Assembly (NCBI GenBank): GCA_048013815.1
Contig: CM106585.1
Span: 5,828,001-5,892,000 of the forward strand
Direction: 5' to 3'
Source of the DNA: Setoptus koraiensis
Taxonomy: Eukaryota > Animalia > Arthropoda
Length of the DNA: 64,000 nucleotides
In this document: positions 1 to 12,347 of the stretch, piece after piece
How the letters are laid out: every line of letters begins with the position of its first letter
How positions within the stretch are numbered: the first letter of the stretch is position 1
Made by a program: the position numbers and the translations under genes
Notes under the pieces: model-generated
What the model saw: only the letters and a program-made list of their open reading frames with translations
Databases searched by the model: none
Told to the model about the DNA's origin: nothing

Positions 1-297
1 ATATTAGTGGCCTGTAAGGACCTCGAAGAGCTAGTCTTAAGAGGCTACCACAGCAACCGAGGCTTTGGGCCGTTGCCGGCCAACTTACCGAAGCCAAAAA
101 TCAAATTGGATGTGCCTTGGAGAGAGCACGGCTGGATGTACAACGAAACAGCCGAGTATCATTTCGATAACGAATCGGATGAATGGTGTGAGGAAAGGAT
201 TGGTCTACTGGTTCAATTGAGAAAAAACGGACAAAGGCTCAACGAGTACGACTACAATCTTGTGCGATACATAATAGAGGACCCAGCGGATTGGTGA
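1..297 (+). CDS. 3' end of a gene entering from the left edge; possible LRR (F-box/LRR-like) protein
   Basis: Frame 1 is open from base 1 to TGA at 295-297. ILVACKDLEELVLRG resembles an LRR unit (LxxCxxLxxLxLxG). Family not securely recognised. Confidence 0.5.
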   Translation: MLVACKDLEELVLRGYHSNRGFGPLPANLPKPKIKLDVPWREHGWMYNETAEYHFDNESDEWCEERIGLLVQLRKNGQRLNEYDYNLVRYIIEDPADW

Positions 298-476
298 GAA
301 TCAGCCAACCTAACCAAACAACTGGATACCGTCTTTGTATTAACCGATCATGAGTAGATAATGAGTCAAGTTTTCCAGTGAAAGAGTTTGCCTATGAAAA
401 AAACAGCAATTCCACTAATCGTCCATTACCATTAGGTTATCATTGCACAAAAGCCATTGCATGCTATGCCGTAGGG

Positions 477-496
477 CTCTCTCTCTCTCTCTCTCT
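477..496. repeat. (CT)10 microsatellite
   Basis: Read directly from the sequence. Confidence 0.85.
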
Positions 497-621
497 CCCT
501 AATCAAATGTTTTCAGGATTAATTAAAAACAAATCACCACAACAGAGCTGTCGCGATGATCTTTATTTTTGAAGTTTTTTTGCGGGCCCTTGTTTTCTCG
601 TTTTCTTTCCGTGCATGTTAC

Positions 622-637
622 TTCCGGGAACTGTAGC
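622..637 (-). promoter_or_regulatory. ZNF143/THAP11-like or STAT-like promoter motif upstream of SPCS1
   Basis: Minus strand reads GCTACAGTTCCCGGAA, close to ACTACAnnTCCCRRRA. It also contains TTCCGGGAA, a STAT consensus. Motif match only. Confidence 0.2.
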
Positions 638-1082
638 TCAACCTTTACAGTATCGCAATATAGGCAGATGCAGTATATGCTGGGTCAGTACTTCTGCTAC
701 ATACCCGTAATGACGACAGCTAAACTCATGTTGCGTTGACGTCGCGTCTGTCAAACAGTCGTAAATTTTCTTAATCAGTGCGTGCCGATTGCTGTCATAA
801 CAAGGGCATGGGTGCATTATTTTGTGCACCAGAAACGCGACGAGAGGCACGTTCTCACTTGCATGGCTGTCAAATAGTGTTGAAAAAATTTGGCAACACA
901 AGTGCTCGAGATGATGATTCGCATGTATTACGTCCACATTTTAATGGCAATGGGAAAGCAAGATGCACGCTTATCAAAACGCTACTATTAATAAAAATAT
1001 TCTACAATAAGCAATTGTTACTATCAATATTTATTCTTTTGATTGATAGATTCTACGATAAGCATTATTGGACTTTGGCAAG

Positions 1083-1343
1083 ATGCGCTGGTTCTCAAAC
1101 ATTCAAACCCACATGGACTACAGGGGTCAATATAACGCTGAACAATGGTCTCAAGGGATAATTATAGTATTTGTCTTGATTGGAACATTATGGGCCTACT
1201 TATCTCAGCTGTTCTCACTGGCAATAATGTGTCACGCAATCGGGGTAACTCTGGCTTGTTTACTTTGTCTACCGCCTTGGCCAATTTACAGAAGGCATCC
1301 ACTGAAGTGGCAACCGGCAGTTGAGAGACCACAGTCGCACTGA
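1083..1343 (+). CDS. SPCS1: Signal peptidase complex subunit 1 (SPC12)
   Basis: MDYRGQYNAEQWSQGII, two hydrophobic segments and LCLPPWPIYRRHPLKW match SPCS1. First in-frame ATG is at 1083; the track start at 1068 is TTG. Confidence 0.95.
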   Translation: MRWFSNIQTHMDYRGQYNAEQWSQGIIIVFVLIGTLWAYLSQLFSLAIMCHAIGVTLACLLCLPPWPIYRRHPLKWQPAVERPQSH

Positions 1344-1806
1344 ATTAATTTGTTTTAGTTTACAAGTTCAGCAGCGGTAAATCTCTTGATGGAGTTCGAA
1401 AGCAACAACGCAGATTGATTTACCAATACAGGCAAGATTATGTTACAACATCAACGGAAAGCGCCTAACGAAGGGCCACCTGAATGATGCTTGCTGTAGG
1501 AATGCGAGAGATGCGAGGTCAGCATAGAGTTATTGTCTGTTATTGTTACCAGATTTTCGCTAGTTTTTATTAAAAAAGAAATTGTTGCTATCTATCAGCT
1601 ATTCCGAAGAAACTGCTGTCTTATAAGTGACTTGTGTGCATTGAGTGTGCGAGTGACTTTACTGGCTAGATACTTGTTGCTCCTTGTATATTGAACTGAT
1701 TTGAGGACTGTAGGGTGGGACTTGTGATTGAGGCCCGGAGAGCGCGAGAGTGAGCGATCAAGAAGTTAGTGTTCACTCAATGTCCCCCATTTATTAGCCT
1801 TCTCCG

Positions 1807-2004
1807 TTATGTTTCCGAGGGTCTACTAATACTTCCTTGCACTGCTCTCCCAATACTTCCTAATTCTTTGAACAAACCTTGTAACCCAATAACCTTTCTC
1901 TTGAGATCCCTATTTTCGGCCATGAGTTGGTCTAATTCTTGCGCCATTAAAACTGTTTCGACCATCTTCTCCGAACAACGTTCACATTCAGTTCGGCGCG
2001 ACAT
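1807..2004 (-). CDS. Small 65-aa protein with N-terminal CxxC and short coiled coil; unknown function
   Basis: ATG-initiated ORF with CERC and ELDQLMAENRDLKRKVIGLQ heptads, head-to-head with ORC5. No family recognised. Confidence 0.5.
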   Translation of the reverse strand: MSRRTECERCSEKMVETVLMAQELDQLMAENRDLKRKVIGLQGLFKELGSIGRAVQGSISRPSET

Positions 2005-2169
2005 TATTTGATTTAATTATTTTTTGGTTAATTTTCTACTGAAAATAGATAGACAAATGAAGAATAAATGTTATGGTATAAAGTGGTCGCAGACTTTTTT
2101 AGATCGTAGGGAGGTTACGAACGTAGATCTTTATATAATTTTAAGGAGAAGATGTCACACTATCGATCG

Positions 2170-2217
2170 GTCACAATATTTGTCACGATATTGGTCACGA
2201 TATTAGTCACGATATTT
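2170..2217. repeat. 4 x 12-bp tandem repeat (GTCACRATATTN) in the divergent intergenic region
   Basis: gtcacaatattt gtcacgatattg gtcacgatatta gtcacgatattt read directly. Confidence 0.85.
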
Positions 2218-2519
2218 TTTATGATTCTTTAAATAAAATGATCTAATTTAACCTCTCACCAAACTTTACGGGTGGCATAAGTAACACTGGGAGCGATTTT
2301 GGAGCGAGGAGGGGCGAAAAAACCGCGCTTTGCAACACTGACCACGATATAAAATTTGAATTGCGCGGTGTCATGCCTCAATCTCTCAAATTAATGTCAA
2401 CAATACCGTTGGAAACATTATTTCGTGACATTGAGTCATTCTTATTCATCCATTCGCACGTATTTTTTAAATGAATTTTATCTTATGATTTTATCCCTCC
2501 CAACAATTATTACAACACC

Positions 2520-3701
2520 ATGGATTGCTACTCAGGTACATCGGAGACACTTTATGTAACTGGACCCCCCACGACTGGGAAGACGACTTTGGCGAAAGAT
2601 TTTCTAAGAAAACACTCTAAGCTTAATGTATATTTAGATTGTGCACTTGTAGCAACCCCATCTCAACTGTATTGTGATATCATCAAAGGCCTCGCTGATG
2701 ATCCGGGGGTTTTTAACTCTGTAAGTTTTGTCGAGACCTGCCTTAAACTATTGAGGAGGAAGAAATCGAAAACATTTCACATTGTTTTGGACAACGCTCA
2801 TTGTTTGAAGTACACTCATCTCTCAAGCTGCTTACCGTTACTTTTGCACCTCAATGAGTTGATTGATGAACCTGTTGACAGTTTTAGAAGTCGTTATTGC
2901 ATACAATTGATACTCGTGACCTCTATGGGGATATCAGCCTTTGCCGATTTCTATCCACCATTCATAAGAGATAAAGTTACAAATCGGTGTAAAGTGGTTT
3001 CTCTTAGGCCATGGTCCAAGGCAGAATTGATCGAGCGGATCAGTTCTTATGAACCCATTCTCAGGGCTGATTCTTATCCAACGATGGTAAATAACATCGT
3101 CAATTTGAGTTACAAAGACACGACAAAAGATTTCAAGGACCTAAAGTATCTCTGCGAAATGACGTTTCAACGCTTCATTCAACAGTTCAAAGACGACGAC
3201 CAAATAGATATGGCATTCTACAGGAAAGAGAATCTCAAGGCTACCATGAAAGAGCTCAAAGGTGAAGAGAATGCCTCAGTTGCATTGAGTATGGACATGA
3301 TGCTTCTTGTAACTGGAGCTTACATAGCTTCTTTTTCGAACTCCAGAGACGACAAAGCAAATTTTGTTAAATGTAATCGTAAGACCAAAAGGCGTAAAAC
3401 TCAGATACTTACGTCCTGTCAAAGTACTAAGCCTTTTACATTTGAAAGATTGTTGCAGATATACAGACGATTGAGTGACCCAACGATGCATGAACGTATA
3501 AACAAGCCAAGACGAGGAGATCTGGTTGACTCAGTTTTGGCCAACATTTTAACTCTCATAGATCTCAACTATCTCCGTATTGTTGGTGAAGGTGGGCTGG
3601 ACGGTTCAATGAAGCTTTCTATAGCCGATTATATTGATTACAGGTACGCAAAAATCTTAGCTAAAACCTGCGAAATTGAATTAGATGATTATCTGAGATA
3701 G
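2520..3701 (+). CDS. ORC5: Origin recognition complex subunit 5 (AAA+ ATPase)
   Basis: Walker A GPPTTGKT and Walker B-like IVLDNAH. C-terminal LLVTGAYIASFSNSRDDKANF and KPFTFERLLQIY match ORC5 C-terminal motifs. Exact start uncertain. Confidence 0.85.
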   Translation: MDCYSGTSETLYVTGPPTTGKTTLAKDFLRKHSKLNVYLDCALVATPSQLYCDIIKGLADDPGVFNSVSFVETCLKLLRRKKSKTFHIVLDNAHCLKYTHLSSCLPLLLHLNELIDEPVDSFRSRYCIQLILVTSMGISAFADFYPPFIRDKVTNRCKVVSLRPWSKAELIERISSYEPILRADSYPTMVNNIVNLSYKDTTKDFKDLKYLCEMTFQRFIQQFKDDDQIDMAFYRKENLKATMKELKGEENASVALSMDMMLLVTGAYIASFSNSRDDKANFVKCNRKTKRRKTQILTSCQSTKPFTFERLLQIYRRLSDPTMHERINKPRRGDLVDSVLANILTLIDLNYLRIVGEGGLDGSMKLSIADYIDYRYAKILAKTCEIELDDYLR

Positions 3702-3841
3702 ATATTTCTAACATTTATTTTAGACACAACTTACAATTGGAGAACTATGTTTGAAATATTCTACTCATTTTCTCCGACCACAATGGTTGTAAGGTGACGT
3801 GAATAAAAACGAAAAACTCGTTATAATAAAATTGTTCCTTA

Positions 3842-4629
3842 TTATGCTGCTGCCTCATCTTCCTCTTCATTACCACGAGTAATCAGTTGAACAAATTTCT
3901 TGATATCTACTCTGGCTTGATTGTCTACTGGAGCCTCTGCCAGAATGCTCTCACACTCTGCCGCTGAAAACTTTTCTCCCCAAGTAGATAATGCATGTTT
4001 TAAAGTTTCCTCTTTGCAAAAACCCTCACCCTCATCGTACATGGAAAAAGCCTGAACGATGACATCTTCATCGTCTGTACCTTGAGCTCGGTCGCCAAAG
4101 ATAGTCAAGAAAGTTGTAAAGTTGATAGGTCCCTGGCAGTGTAATCAACAACGATAGCGAAAGATTAGATAGAGTTTGAGATGATAACTAGTGATATCTT
4201 AGTCAGGGCTGTTGACTTACTGGGGCCTCTGAGACCATATCTTCAAGTTCTTTGTCTGTACATAAGCGACCTAGAGCATCGAAGGTGGATCTGATGTCGT
4301 TCTTTGAGATGATTCCATCTTTGTCTGAATCTATGAATTGAAATGCCTCCTTAAATTGGGCCACTTGATGTTGAGTGAACATAGCAAAAACATTTGAGCC
4401 ACTTCGCTGAGCGCGCTTCTTCGAGGTCGATCTCGTGGGAGCAGCATCTCCGGAAGCAGGTGCTTCTTTCTCGGATTTTTTGCTTTTTGTCTTCTTCACC
4501 TTTGGTGTTTCACCTTCTTCTGGCTAATATATTTAATCATTTTGTATTATTGACACAATTATAATTAGATGATAGCTAAATTAATGAAGAAAAAAGGGTA
4601 AACCATTTGCTGTACTACATAATTACCAT
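3842..4629 (-). CDS. Mlc2: Muscle myosin regulatory light chain (MLC2), 3 exons
   Basis: KRAQRSGSNVFAMF, EFKEAF-like QFKEAFQFIDSDKDG EF-hand, and GPINFTTFLTIFG. Exons: ATG-only 4629-4627, 4523-4221, 4132-3842, with GT-AG introns and consistent phase. Confidence 0.95.
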
Positions 4630-6404
4630 TTTGAATTGATCGGTATTGTTTAAAACCTAAATGATAAACTTCACTAAACAGATTTAACAATGAATTGTTT
4701 GCAAAAAGAGGCCTTCCCGGAAACTACACACAGGAACAAAAGCACTGGATAATTTTACTATTGATCGGGTGATAGTTTTGATTTGAATGAAAGTTGCTTG
4801 GGTAATGATTTGTTTTCGGACGCACCTTGAAATGCGTCTCGAAGTAAACTAACACGAGCTAGGTGAAACTGTTGTCAGACTGTTCACGAATCGATGTGTT
4901 GTTCGAGTTTAATTTTGTTTAAATTTATTATGCTTCCTAAGTGACCTTCCCCAGCCATAGTGTTGGCAGAACAGTTAATCTTGTAACAATTCTAAGCCTT
5001 TGTTTGGCGTACTACTGCTACTAGAATCAAATCTCTCAAGTTATGGACAAGCTAAATGTAGATATATGACATCATTGCGTAGCAGTAACGAACTTCGAAT
5101 ATATGTTGCAGAGGTTTGTTTCTGCACTTCGGGGCGTCACTTCAAGATACGTGTACACTTACGTAAAGGAATTACAATTGAAAAGATGTACAGGAGGATT
5201 TAGGTGAGAGAGTGAGCGCGAATTGTCATAGCGATTCCTCGCTGCCTGTCCTCTATAGCTCCAACTACTAATCTAAATAACTTCGCTCAAAAGAAAAGAA
5301 AAAAAAGCGGGCAAAAATGAATGAATGAGTTATAATAATAGTTTAATCACAGAAGTTGTTCCTGTCTTATATCAACATATTGAACGTCAACAGTATGCCT
5401 ACTCTCTTTCCCTATTATGATTTTCACGTATCGTTTAGTGGGAATAGCAGAAAGATGTTGTGACAAACAAAGGATCATCACTGATGAATGTCTTGAGGAA
5501 GACTTCACACTCAGTCGTAACAGTCATAATGTACCTTATGTGGCGCTAAGACTCGTCATCAAAATTTTCAAGGTGAACATGGCGTAGTCAGTTATCTTGA
5601 TGTATTTTATTGCACACAGAAACAGATACAAACATAAAAAATCGTGAAATAATAAGATTAGCCGCTATCCATACGTGAATAACTTGCTAGAAACAAATAT
5701 AATGATCTTGCTTTACATGAGGTATATCTAGTTAGCTAAATCATGTTACTGGAACTGTATTCAAGCTATTTTCTTTGTCAAAGACAGCACACTGTCTTAT
5801 GACTTACCAATTTGATAACAATGAGAGAAAGGAAGAAACTTTATAAGAACTGATCTAGTACTTCCCCTATCACGACATAGAAAACTAAACCAAAAATATA
5901 TTTAATAATATGAGCACACACAAGCCTACCCATTGTGTATCATCACTGGACCTCATCTATTCAATTGGGCTAGAACTGGAGTAGGGACGCCTCACTCTGA
6001 CATTCAAGAATTTCAGTTAGTTATTTACGCGTTCGCGGAATGCGATTCCGTTCATCTGAAGCAACATCACTTCTTCATATCTTTCCCTTAGCTTTCGGTT
6101 CTCAAAATAATTGTTTGTGTTGCCTACTGTGGAAACAAACAACAAGATTCAATATGCCAGATGATTTAGATGATTCAATTATACATTTGAATGATGGCTG
6201 TTTTGCTCATGGGATCAGATATTTCAACAGTTCTCAGGCTTGTATTAGATGTCAGGCCCAATGTACATTCAGATGTCGTGAGAGCTATGACAAAACAAAA
6301 CTATTATCTTGACTTAAAAGCCACAAAACCGCTAACAGTCTGCATTCAATCGTGCCTATAAAGAAAAGTAATAATGAAAATATATGGTTGTAATTAACTG
6401 TCTG

Positions 6405-6513
<109 letters not shown>

Positions 6514-7778
6514 AAAATCCCACTCAATCTTCTTTACCAAAACAATGCTTTCTAAACAAAACATAGATTTAACGCTGATAGCCAAACTTAATTTACATAT
6601 ACTCAAGAATAGGGTGATATATCATAGAGAATAATCGCCTCAGTTGTGAATGGATATATGTGTGTAACATCTCAATCTAATAGGCTCGCTCACTGTTCGC
6701 TATTCAATATGAGCTCGAACTTACGGACCTCCTGTCACAGGACTGTAGTTTCATTTGAACTAACAAACACATAAATTACTACTGATGTTTGATCTATACC
6801 CTAATGACTTTTCTTAACAATCGATAGCACGACGCTTGAAGTGATCTTAATTATGTTTGATATTGCCACAATTCACCCGATTGATCATTGGAAGAATGTT
6901 CAACAGCGAACAAACAGAATCGTCTTTCGAACGAGAATTAAAGCGGATGTAGAAGTAGAATAACTAGTTGGATGTCATCCAAATGAAAATTGCACGGTTT
7001 GCGTACCAAACTCCGACGTATCTTTATATTATTCAGAGCAATGAAATACCGAGTGAGACAACTGAAACACTTATAGATCTGCAGTTGTTGTTAGGCTAGA
7101 TCAAGTTCAACTGCGGTGAATTTGTGATAAAAATCATTAGTAAATGAGAGGAACCCCTCGGACATGGATTGTCCGATCATCAAAGGAACTCGCATCACAG
7201 GCAAAAAACCAGTGTCACATTCAGTGTTCGTGATATTAGTATGAAAGCTTGCTGACTCAGCGGTCTGTTTTTCTGTTGTGAGTGTCTGGTTAGAACGAAT
7301 CTATTATTAGTATTCTCTGAAATGCTAAAATATAGAACCTACGCTCTATCTGAATGAACAAAGAATGTCTGTAAGAGGCCAAACATGACTAGACTGCTGT
7401 TTCAAACAAGCATCTTTATGTGTCATTGTCACACAGGATATTATTTGCCTCAAAAGCTCGAGTGTGCTTCTGATTCGTAGTCCTGAGTCAACTAGAGATA
7501 CCGAATAGAAAGAAATGGCCAATAAAATTCGAGAACAAACATGGAATGACGCAAAGTGAAAAATTCTAACACTCTATAAATAGAGTTGTGTTGCAGCAAC
7601 AAAAAGGGGATCTTTTGTGATCATGGACCGAAAACTTTTGTTCAGCATGTGATTTTGAGCTTCGACAGAATATTTTCTTTTACTTTTCAATATAAAAATA
7701 GATCAATGAAAAAGTCCAGCTAATCCTGATGCTTGCTGCGGCAAAGTACCGATCGCTTCGAACACGAACATCTCTTCG

Positions 7779-7786
7779 TATATATA
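7779..7786 (+). promoter_or_regulatory. Candidate TATA box of the secreted-protein gene
   Basis: TATATATA about 135 nt upstream of ATG 7914. Confidence 0.35.
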
Positions 7787-7913
7787 GCGATAGTACATCC
7801 AACGATATATCCATTCATAATTTTACCAAAACCTGCTAAAGTATCAAAAGTATAGAACAAAACATTTGATAATTCTAGTTAACCAAAAAGCTCAAGAAAC
7901 TATAAAATACAAA

Positions 7914-8243
7914 ATGAAGATAGTCATTGTTTGCTCAGCAGTTCTATTGTTGGCTTTAGCTGTTCAAGCAGTTCCTGTTGAACAAGATGCAATCATTGAT
8001 GACGATTTGGTCGAATTTCCGGCTACAATAGACGCTGATGAGCCGTGTCCGAACGAGACTACCGCGGAGGCTTGCGATGCTTGTTGTACTGCGGCACTGA
8101 TGATTTCCGATTTCTCACCGGTTGCAAGACCTCCCTTACCTCAGTGCGACTGCCCTTATCGTTTGATCGGGCCAGATTTCTATGCGGAAGAGGATGATGA
8201 TGACGACGACGACGAAGTTGATGCTCAGGCAAATCAGCAATAG
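7914..8243 (+). CDS. Small secreted cysteine-rich acidic protein (109 aa)
   Basis: aaaATG context, signal peptide MKIVIVCSAVLLLALAVQA, acidic pro-like segment, 6-Cys core C-x7-C-x2-CC-x19-C-x-C, and poly-Asp tail. Confidence 0.8.
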   Translation: MKIVIVCSAVLLLALAVQAVPVEQDAIIDDDLVEFPATIDADEPCPNETTAEACDACCTAALMISDFSPVARPPLPQCDCPYRLIGPDFYAEEDDDDDDDEVDAQANQQ

Positions 8244-9675
8244 GTCTTGCCTCAAATAGATCAAACAAAATGATAACAAATAAATACACATTCTTGTCTC
8301 AATTATAAATCAACGAATTATTTCAGCCGTTATCTTCACTCTTTTCACCAACAGTTGGTCTTCGATGCAGGCAAACACTCGCAAACCTGCATAGACCATC
8401 TCTAGGCTAACTTTGGAAATGTCCTATTGTCATGTTGTGGTTGATTAACTCTTCTTCGTTGTCACCTCTCAATCGACAGAGTTTTATTATTGAGCTCGCC
8501 AATCCTTTTTCATTCTATACCTCGCTGATACGACAGCTTGAGCATAGAGTAGTTTTATAGCAGCCTATAAAAGTATTCTGCATCTATAGAGAGCATCAAC
8601 TCGATGTGATATTGCAAGGCAACAAAATCAGCTCAAACTAAAAGAAACGGGATTGGGCCTCGGAATACGCAACGGAAGTATGCAATCAAGATTCGAGGAA
8701 TGACTCGAACTAAGAAATAATATTACCCGTGATTATGACGATAAATGATCAAGATCGTACCATCTAGAAAGGTTTGCCCGAGCTATCCCACATAGTTGGT
8801 GCTCTTTATCGGGGTGTCATGTAAAGACTTAGGGGTAGCTTAATTGTAGTCCTGGGCGTAGTTGAGTCCGCCATGATTATTTAGATCCGCTCTAGATCGT
8901 TGTGCTACGAATGTGCTGCCTACATTTCTGTGCATGTTTTACTTCGATATACATAGACAGTTAACATGGGAGATAACAAATTTGCATAACGTTAAAGTGG
9001 TGGGGGGATCTCCCGGGACAGGAGAGGTTCTCCCGCCCAAGAAACTTTTCTCATAATTTTTTGACAAATCGAGACGATGTATATAGAGAGATCTGCAATG
9101 AGGCTAAATTTCTATAAATCTTTGTTATGGACGCAGGTTGGTTTGATGCTGAGAGCCTCTAGCAACAGAACTCTCGAGATCGGTGAAGGACTTGTCATCG
9201 ATTCTGGATCATTGTCAATGTAGCTTCCTTGTTTGTTTTTTCACAATCGAAAATTCGCTAACAATTTTCGTTGACTGGTAGCTTTAGTCAGTTGAATTCG
9301 AAAACGGGAGATATGGGATGTCCCGTCTTCCGGGACAGGGGATCGAACTCCCCCCGAAACTATGACGCAATAACTTTTCAAAAGTGGCGCTAAATATATA
9401 TACAAAGCCAACTATTGGTGGTGGTGGTACATCAGCTGATGGTCACAAATGATGGCCGCAGTCAGTTTTCCACCTTCTAATATTGATGCTATTGTTATTG
9501 TAGCACTACAATTAATATGATATCGTTGTCACAATGGTGCTGTAGTTGTTATTCCAATCAAATCCAAATCACAATAATTAGTATTATTAGTTAAATATAC
9601 CCGTGTTCCATGATTTAAATATCTACAGCGAGCTTTTATTAGCCTAATTCACGTATTAATTCATTCATTATCACG

Positions 9676-12199
9676 ATGGTATGGATCAAACCTGAGGAAG
9701 TGCTTATTACAAATGCTCTCTGGGTAACTGAACGGGCCGACCCTTATTTTATTCTTCAGAGAAGAAAAGGTCATGGCACCAAGGGTCTGTCTTCCATTTT
9801 GGTCGGTACTATCGACTCAGTTCTGGACTCACGGCCAGCTCCGTATCGAATCCTTTACCAGACCCCATCATCTGATATCAGTTACACAATAGCAGCCTCT
9901 ATATCAAGGAAGGATATACTCAACAATTGGGAATGGTTGGAGGCAAACCTCAAGCAAACTCTAGTCTCATTTGACGACTCCATGGCAATAACGGACTTTG
10001 TTAAATGCAAAATTGAAAGTTTGGTAGCGCAAAATGTCAGCATCCATCAGGCTGCAAAATTAGAGAGTCAAATACCCACCGATAGTTTCGAATTCAGATC
10101 GACAGCACAAAAATACATAAAGTTATTCCAGCTTCCATCAGATGAAAAATTAGTTAATTATTATGTTTGCAGCTATTGGTCTGGTCGTTTACCATACCAA
10201 GGAGTCATGTATCTTAGTGTAAATCATCTGGCCTTTTATAGTAAATTTTTATCTCGTGAGTTCAAAATACTCCTAAAGTGGTCTGACATAAGTCTCATAG
10301 AGCGTACTAGTTCAATCATATTCACTGACACAATCAGCATATCAAAAAAGTCCAGAAAACCAGCTGAAGGCGACCAACCTGATCAAACCTATGAATTTTC
10401 CATGTTTTCCAAGACTGCGGATACGTATGCACTCATCGAGCAGTTAGCCAATCTAGCTATGAAACAAATAATGAATAACGAGGAGTTGGACGTATCGCCA
10501 ACGTCTTCTTTGAAGGCAGAATTAATCTATAAGTCTACTAAAAGATCACCACAAAAGCCATCTCATTTAAAAAGAGAACTTGATGCCCGTGCTCTAAGTG
10601 ATAAATTTCGACGAATATTCCGTTTACCTTCCAAAGAGAATCTTGATGGATTTATACCGTGCACACTGTTCACTCCTTTTAATAAGCAGAGTGTTTGGGG
10701 GAAAATGTACTTATTCAATGATTACGTATGTTTTGGGAGCAAGGTATGTATCTCTAACTGATGGAATAATGAGATGCACAAGAAATTCGTTTCCTTGTTC
10801 GTAATTTTCAATTTGTATTTACTCTCCCCCCTGACAAAAAAAAACGGAAATGTTCAAGGTCCCTGGACAAGTTTCCGTTATTATACCTCTACGCGAGGTG
10901 ACTTTTATCGAGAATATTAGCAATCATTCTTCTGGTCTAACGAATTCTATTATCATTAGTACCAACTCAAAGGCCAACTTTGTGTTCTCCAACATAAGTG
11001 ATCGAGATTTCCTTATCAAAAAAATATCCGAACTGTTAGCCAAAACAAGTGAATATAGAAGTCAAGAATATTTGAAACAACATAAGTTAATGCAAGGGGA
11101 GCAACGAAAACTTACACGTCTCCAGCTGATTTCGAGCGGTGGAGATACCGTCTGTGATCCAAACGACTATGATGAAGAGGCCATGAACAGTATACAAGAT
11201 GATGAGGAACCTATTGAGGCTTGGACACTGCAACCAGCGTTGAATACATTGTTTCCACTGCCTGCTTATCCAGAATCTGTTGCTAAGGATTCTATGAAGG
11301 TAGATTTGTGGAATTTACACTTCATGGATTACGGCTCCGGAATAAGTACTTATAGAACTGAAAAGGCACGAGAATTGATACTTATGGGTATCCCTGACAA
11401 ACTGCGAGGAAAGTTATGGATGTTGTATTCAGGAGCTATCAACGAACTACAAACTCACGCTGGATACTACGAGGAGCTATGTGAAAGCAGCATCGGATTA
11501 TTGCCGATAGCGGCGATTGAGACAGACTTACACAGATCTCTACCAGAGCATCCTGCTTTTCAGTCTCACCTAGGTATTGGTGCATTGAGACGTGTCTTGA
11601 ACGCTTATGCACATCGTAACCCCTCCATTGGTTATTGCCAAGGTATGAACATGGTTTGTTCAGTTCTACTATTATACGCGTCTGAGGAGGAGGCTTTTTG
11701 GTTGATGGTAGCTCTATGTGAGAGGCTGCTCCCTGATTACTACAATAACAAGATCATTGGAGGTCTAGTTGACCAGAAAGTTTTAGAGGAGCTAGTTCAG
11801 GATTACATGCCCGAGTTACATCAGAAGTTAAGCCCCCTCGAGGTGTTGTCCAAAATATCATTATCCTGGTTCATGACCATATTTTTGAATGTGATGTCCT
11901 TTGAAACAGCCCTGCACATTGTGGACTGTTTTTTCTATGATGGTGCGAGAGTGGTGTTTATGGTTGCGCTGGCTATACTAGACGCCAATCAATCTCTGGT
12001 GCTTCAAGCTCGCGACGACAGTGATGCGATGACGGTACTTATCGGATACATTGAGAATATCAGGATTAATGATATCACATCACTGATAAACGATTCATAT
12101 GCAAAATACAGCAAGATCGATGAAGAAATGATTGAGAAGCTGAGACTGAAGCATAGAATTAGCCTGGTGCCTGGAGTCTACAAAAAAGATACCCAGTGA
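9676..12199 (+). CDS. TBC1D9: TBC1 domain family member 9/8-like Rab-GAP (2 GRAM domains + TBC)
   Basis: MVWIKPEEVL..ALWVTERADPYFILQRRKGHG N-terminus, GRAM motifs, and IETDLHRSLPEHPAF / GYCQGMN TBC fingers. Exons 9676-10743 and 10859-12199, phase 0. The 3' end is uncertain. Confidence 0.93.
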
Positions 12200-12347
12200 A
12201 ACAAAGTATTCTTCTAGCGATGAATTATTAATAAACAATAAATTGACCAGCTTGATTGCCAATTGGTCTCAATGGTTATCCTCACAAGAGACTAAATACA
12301 CCTACATTTGTCCTGACAGCTGTTTTCGCGATATGGATCTCACTGTT

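Noticed and set aside
638-1161. Overlapping ORFs 638-937 (-) and 778-1161 (+)
   Set aside because: Non-ATG starts and no recognisable motifs; probably SPCS1 upstream sequence.
9000-9360. tRNA T-arm-like GAGTTCGATCCC on the minus strand near 9345, and two partly similar CCGGGACAGG segments suggesting a MITE or SINE
   Set aside because: The T-stem pairs poorly, no cloverleaf forms, and there are no clear terminal inverted repeats or target-site duplication.
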